From Blepharisma stoltei ATCC 30299 (lineage: Eukaryota > Protista > Ciliophora), in assembly GCA_965603825.1 (NCBI GenBank), contig CBFDEM010000045.1:496001-560000 (forward strand): a stretch of 64,000 nt of DNA, in the 5' to 3' direction. Shown here one piece after another: positions 59,324 to 64,000 of this stretch. The position numbers and the translations under genes were made by a program. The notes beneath the pieces were generated by a model that ran no database searches, was not told the DNA's origin, and worked only from the letters and a program-made list of their open reading frames with translations. Numbering within the stretch: position 1 is the stretch's first letter; each line of letters starts with the position of its first letter.

Positions 59324-62017
59324 ATGTCGCACGGCGATTTGATGAAATCTTGAACTGAATCAAGTTTTTGCTATCGAAACCGAACTTTATCTAAGAATAA
59401 CTCCTTATCAAAACCCTCAGGACTTCGTTTCGAAATCAAATATGCAATCTTACCAGACTCAGTCATGAGAATTCCAGGTGGCATATCTTTTAAAGCTGGC
59501 AGTGCTTTTGAAGACCAACCCTTCTTAAAAGGAGAGATTATCATGTACTCAACAACCGGAAATCTTCATACGTATTTTGACGAAATAATTCCCATTTACA
59601 AAAGATTTCGGATACCAACCTCTGATGTTCTAAATGAAAATCTTCTTTCAAGGGTCCCACACTCATGTATTTCTATAAGCAACAATTGTGTTATCTGGGA
59701 GCACGCAAGTAAAAAATATGTTTTAAATTTGAATCCGTTCTCTATAAATTGTTATTATTTAGGGCAGCTTTACTTAACTGTAAACGGAAATTCTTTAATG
59801 AATTTCGAACGATATCGGAAAAAAAATGAAAAAATAATTGTTAAAAATGCAAAAAATATTGGGGACTGTCCTATGAAAATTATTGATGCTACTGGGATTT
59901 ATGAAGAAGTTGATGGGGGGTTAAAAATAGCTGAAGGTCTGTGAAGTGAGAAGTGAAAACAATGGATCGACCATAAACCTAGAGGGCCATGCAGTGTTGG
60001 GCTTGATTTTGAGTTCGAAAAAGCCACTCATCTATTTGGACTAGCTGCACATGCGAATAGCTTAGCCTTACAAGATACAGCTGATGAAGCTCCATATAGG
60101 CTCTTTAATTTTGACAATTTTATGTATGATTTAGGCTCCACAAAGCCATTATATGGATCATCCACTTTTCTTTTAAGCAGAACAAAAAATGAAGCTTCTG
60201 CAGGAATATTTTGGATGAACAGTTCAGACACCTGGGTAGATATTTCCACTCATGACTCATATAAGCGCACCCATTGGATGTCAGAAGCTGGCATTATGGA
60301 ATTCGTATTAATGGTTGAGCCTAGTCCATTAAAAGTGATAGAATCGTTCACCATGTTCACTGGGCCTCCTTCATTTCCACCTCTTTATTCTCTCGGCTAT
60401 CACCAATCACGCTGGAATTATTCTCAAGCAGACGTAAAAGAAGTATCCGAAGGCTTCGACAAGAACAATATTCCTCTAGACTCCATTTGAACTGATATTG
60501 ACTCTGTGGATGATTTTAAATATCTCACTTGGAACCATAAGCTATTCCCAAATCCTATTGAGATCCAGGACTATCTCAACTTAAAAGGAAGAAAAATGTT
60601 TATGATTGCTGACCCTCATGTAAAGAGAAGCTTCAAATATCCAATCTATGCTGAAGCCCACTCCAAAGGCTTATTGGTAACTGATATTAATGGCTACGAA
60701 TTCATGGAAGACTGCTGGCCTGGAAATGCATGCTGGCTTGATTTTTGTAATATAGATACAAGAAAGTTATGAGCTGAATTCATTGGATTTAATAAGCATG
60801 AAGACTCAACCAGCTGCTTGAGCTTTTGAAATGATATGAATGAGCCAGCACTATTTTTTGGACCTGAGAAAACACTGCCGAAATGAACTCTGCATGGAGA
60901 TTATGAGCATAGAGAAGTTCATAATCTTTATGGGATGTATATTCAAAGAGCAACATACGAAGGAGCCTATAATAGATCTTTAGGAAAAGATAGGCCATTT
61001 ATACTTGCAAGGGCTTTTTATACTGGAAGTCAAAGATATGGAGCGAGGTGGACTGGAGATAGCAGCGCTATATGGGAATATTTAGACTATTCAGCTCCAC
61101 TGATGCTATCTATGGCTGTTTGCGGACTTTGCTTTACAGGTGGAGATGTTGGTGGCTATTTTTCAGATCCTTGTCCGGAACTCTTTGTGAGATGATACCA
61201 GCTAGGAGCTTTTATGCCCTTTTTTAGATCGCATAGTGACAATTTATCGAAAAGAAGAGAGCCTTGGAAATTTGGGCAGCCTGCTTTATCATTAATACGA
61301 GAAGCCATACAAGACAGGTACAAGTTACTTCCATACTGATATACTTTGTTTTATCAATACTGCTGCGAAGGAACTCCAGTCATTTTGCCAATGTTTGCTT
61401 TATATCCAGCAGATGATTTTTCAATAACTCTTGATAGACAGTTTCACATAGGCCCTGCCTTGTTAGTTGTATCAATTAGTAAGCCTTTGCAGAAGAGCAT
61501 CTCTGTTTATTTGCCAGAGGGAAGGTGATATGACTATCATACCTATCAAGAATGCGACCATGGGAATATATATTACCAAACCTCAGAATTTTGGATTCCT
61601 TCTTTTATTAAAGGGGGCCATGCAATACCTCGGCAAGATACCCTAAGGTCATGCTCGAGAGATATGTTTTATGACGATTACACCTGAATAGTTGCTCTGG
61701 ATAGAAATTTACAAAGTCAAGGACAAATTTATATAGATGATACTTGTACTTATCAATATAAAAGTGGCAAATATATTTTTGCTACCATGTCTTTTGCGAA
61801 TTTATCATTGAAATATCAAGTGCATAAAGGTATGAATCTTCATAATTCGATATCAAAAATAGTTATACTGGGACTCTCAAAAATTCCAGAGTCTATTTTT
61901 GCAGATGATAGCAGCGAGGAAAAACTTTCTATTCCTTTTTCTGTTTTAGATGGTGTAATCACTTTGAAAAATTGCCCATTTCATATTGATGAGCCTTTTA
62001 CTCTCAATTTCTATTAA
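59324..62017 (+). CDS. GH31 neutral alpha-glucosidase (glucosidase II alpha / GANC-like)
   Basis: All fragments in one frame; LGYHQSRWNY, [W]NDMNEP nucleophile, WTGD acid/base, FFRSHS, RREPW; 11 TGA=Trp by my count. Confidence 0.93.
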
Positions 62018-62124
62018 TTAATCCTAATGATATATAGCATAAATAGCTTAATATTTAACTAAAGTTTTGAGTTCTTACTTCAAAATTCGATATAAAAGCT
62101 AGGTAGTATTTTAAGAAACAACTC

Positions 62125-62197
62125 GCTTTCATAGCTCAGCAGGCAGAGCATTTGGCTGTTAACCAAAAGGTCCCTGGTTCAAACCCAGGTGGAAGCG
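62125..62197 (+). tRNA. tRNA-Asn(GTT)
   Basis: GCTTTCA/TGGAAGC acceptor stem, anticodon loop CTGTTAA, TTCAAAC T-loop, T7 terminator. Confidence 0.96.
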
Positions 62198-62459
62198 TTT
62201 TTTTATTGAATTATGGGAATATCAAAATAGACAGCTCTCTATTTTAGCTAAAAGGAAAGCATCAAAAAACTCCTAAATCTGCTATCTAAAGAATAAAAAT
62301 AGAGATTATATACAAAAATTCACTTATCATCAAAACTGCTTTAAATTTCTCTAGTAATTATTATTTATCAATTTAAATATCTGCAATCGCTTAATAAGAC
62401 CATATCCTAGCTTTCAATAAATTAATGAATATTTTTACTTATCATTCTCTTGCTTAGTC

Positions 62460-63242
62460 CTACATCTGAGGATTCTTATAAAGGGTATCTAAATCAATTC
62501 CTTTAATAGAATCTGAGGCTTTCTTGTCTCCTCCATACAAGCAATAATGCTGAATCATAAAAATAATATCAAAAACCATCGACAAAAATCCCAACAAAAA
62601 CTTCGCGACGTTAAATGCTCCACCCCCACCAAAAACATTCCAATCACCAGAGTTTGCTCCATCAATGAATATTTGCAAAATACTCAATGATCCTCCTGTG
62701 AAATCTAATAAAACATTAATGATGCTCCATCCTACAGTACTTTTCCTGACATAATTCATATAAACCTGAGGCATATACTTTATTAATGTAATAAACACTT
62801 TAATGTAGCCGAGATAAAGGCATCCATTCCAGTCCGTTGAATCCGTCAAATTTCCGGTTAACTGCAAAACTCCTAGTAAAGTTCCGCTGATCCAGAAAAA
62901 AAGGCTTAAAAGTTTGACCCATAATGCTGTTCTATTTCATACAGATTCATAGTGATTGCACTGAATTAGAGTTATGGTAGTTATAAACCAGGCATGGCAT
63001 GCAAATGCAATATCAGACGGGTCTACTTGGCCTGGCATTATGCTGGGCTCAGCATACCCTCAAATTGAATAAAAGGAATATGCCAAAAATCCTGAAAAGT
63101 TTAGAACTCCAAAATCTAAAGAGTAGCCTGATACATTTTTGAGTTTATAATTCAGAAATAGTTGCGGATAAAAGCTAAAAGACCAGGCCGTAAAATATAC
63201 CCAGCCAACTATCTGGGACAGGATTGATAGGAATAAAGACAT
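62460..63242 (-). CDS. CTNS: Cystinosin-like PQ-loop lysosomal transporter
   Basis: GWVYFTAWSFSFYPQ, IKYMPQVYMNYVRKSTVGWSI, DFTGGSLS, DIIFMIQHY. Confidence 0.92.
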
Positions 63243-63711
63243 TTTTTCAACAGTATGATGCAATAGAGATGGTGAAGAGAAAATAGCAGTTTCTTTGATT
63301 TAATTGAGATAATAATCAATTATTAGAAAATTTAAGCAGAAAGCTTGACTTGATAAAAATAGAAATTGTTCAATGGGGAGGGAACAAAAAATATTTTCTT
63401 ACAACCTCAAATAAAGCAAGGAGACTTGGATGATTTCTCAAAAAATCACTTTTTTACTTAATTCTCCTTTAAGAAAAAAAGATTCATAATTCTTTGGCTT
63501 AATTCTCCCCAAAAGTCATTTAAATAAAAACTCCATTATGTATCCATATTCTAAAATAATTAATAATTGGAAATTGATATTAAACTTTTATATATATTTC
63601 AAGTACGCATAAAAATTGTCAATATAATAACACTAATATAAATAGATTTATTTAAAACAATTGAATGATTTCGCTTCAAATTGAATTATTATAGAATGCT
63701 ATTAAGTTATC

Positions 63712-64000
63712 ATGTCATCTAAGTTTGTAAAACTTGCTCTTATAGGGAGTGCAGCAATAATTGGTGTCTCTTCTTTGCTTTATTACTACCAAAATGACAT
63801 GATTTATATTCCAAATTACCCTTCAAGAGAATATCGATCTCCAGATAATAATCCAGATGGATACAAAACTCCTTCAGAAAGAAACATTCCTTATAAAGAC
63901 ATTCATCTTAAAACAAGTGACGGAGAAACCCTTCACTGCTGACTCATGCTGCAAGAAAGCCGTGATGTTCCAACTATTTTGTTTTTCCATGCCAATGCTG
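63712..64000 (+). CDS. ABHD13/BEM46-like alpha/beta hydrolase (5' part, runs off window)
   Basis: N-terminal TM helix, YYQNDMIYIP, LKTSDGETLHC[W]LM...PTILFFHANA. Confidence 0.85.

Overview
AT-rich, very gene-dense eukaryotic DNA that reads as a ciliate somatic (macronuclear) chromosome segment using a variant genetic code: in-frame TGA repeatedly falls at invariant Trp positions (PRMT1 ISE[W]MGY, DHHC DHHCK[W]LNNC, GH31 [W]NDMNEP, PP2C SDGL[W]D, tubulin N[W]AKG), while every gene I traced ends in TAA or TAG. With the rare 15-16 nt GTAA...AG introns, this points to a heterotrich such as Blepharisma (inference). The supplied standard-code ORF track therefore fragments many genes. Re-read with TGA=Trp there are about 45 protein genes and two tRNAs (Ile-AAT, Asn-GTT). 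Housekeeping genes include CK2beta, ARP3, mt-L28, H2A.Z, ATP synthase beta, AsnRS, PRMT1, NF-YC and PEX19. Most notable: a full-length P-type ATPase-like protein lacking its catalytic motifs, an HMG-CoA lyase lacking the catalytic Arg, a GST-fused AsnRS, a highly divergent beta-like tubulin, a membrane-anchored protein with many TQT-like motifs, and a secreted prokaryote-type cysteine-cluster protein. Non-coding points of note are a ~370-bp insert between perfect 17-bp direct repeats, several gene relics, operon-like 12-25 nt spacers and gene-class-dependent UGA/UGG usage. I saw no CRISPR array, rRNA or intact transposon. All calls are by eye; no searches were run.
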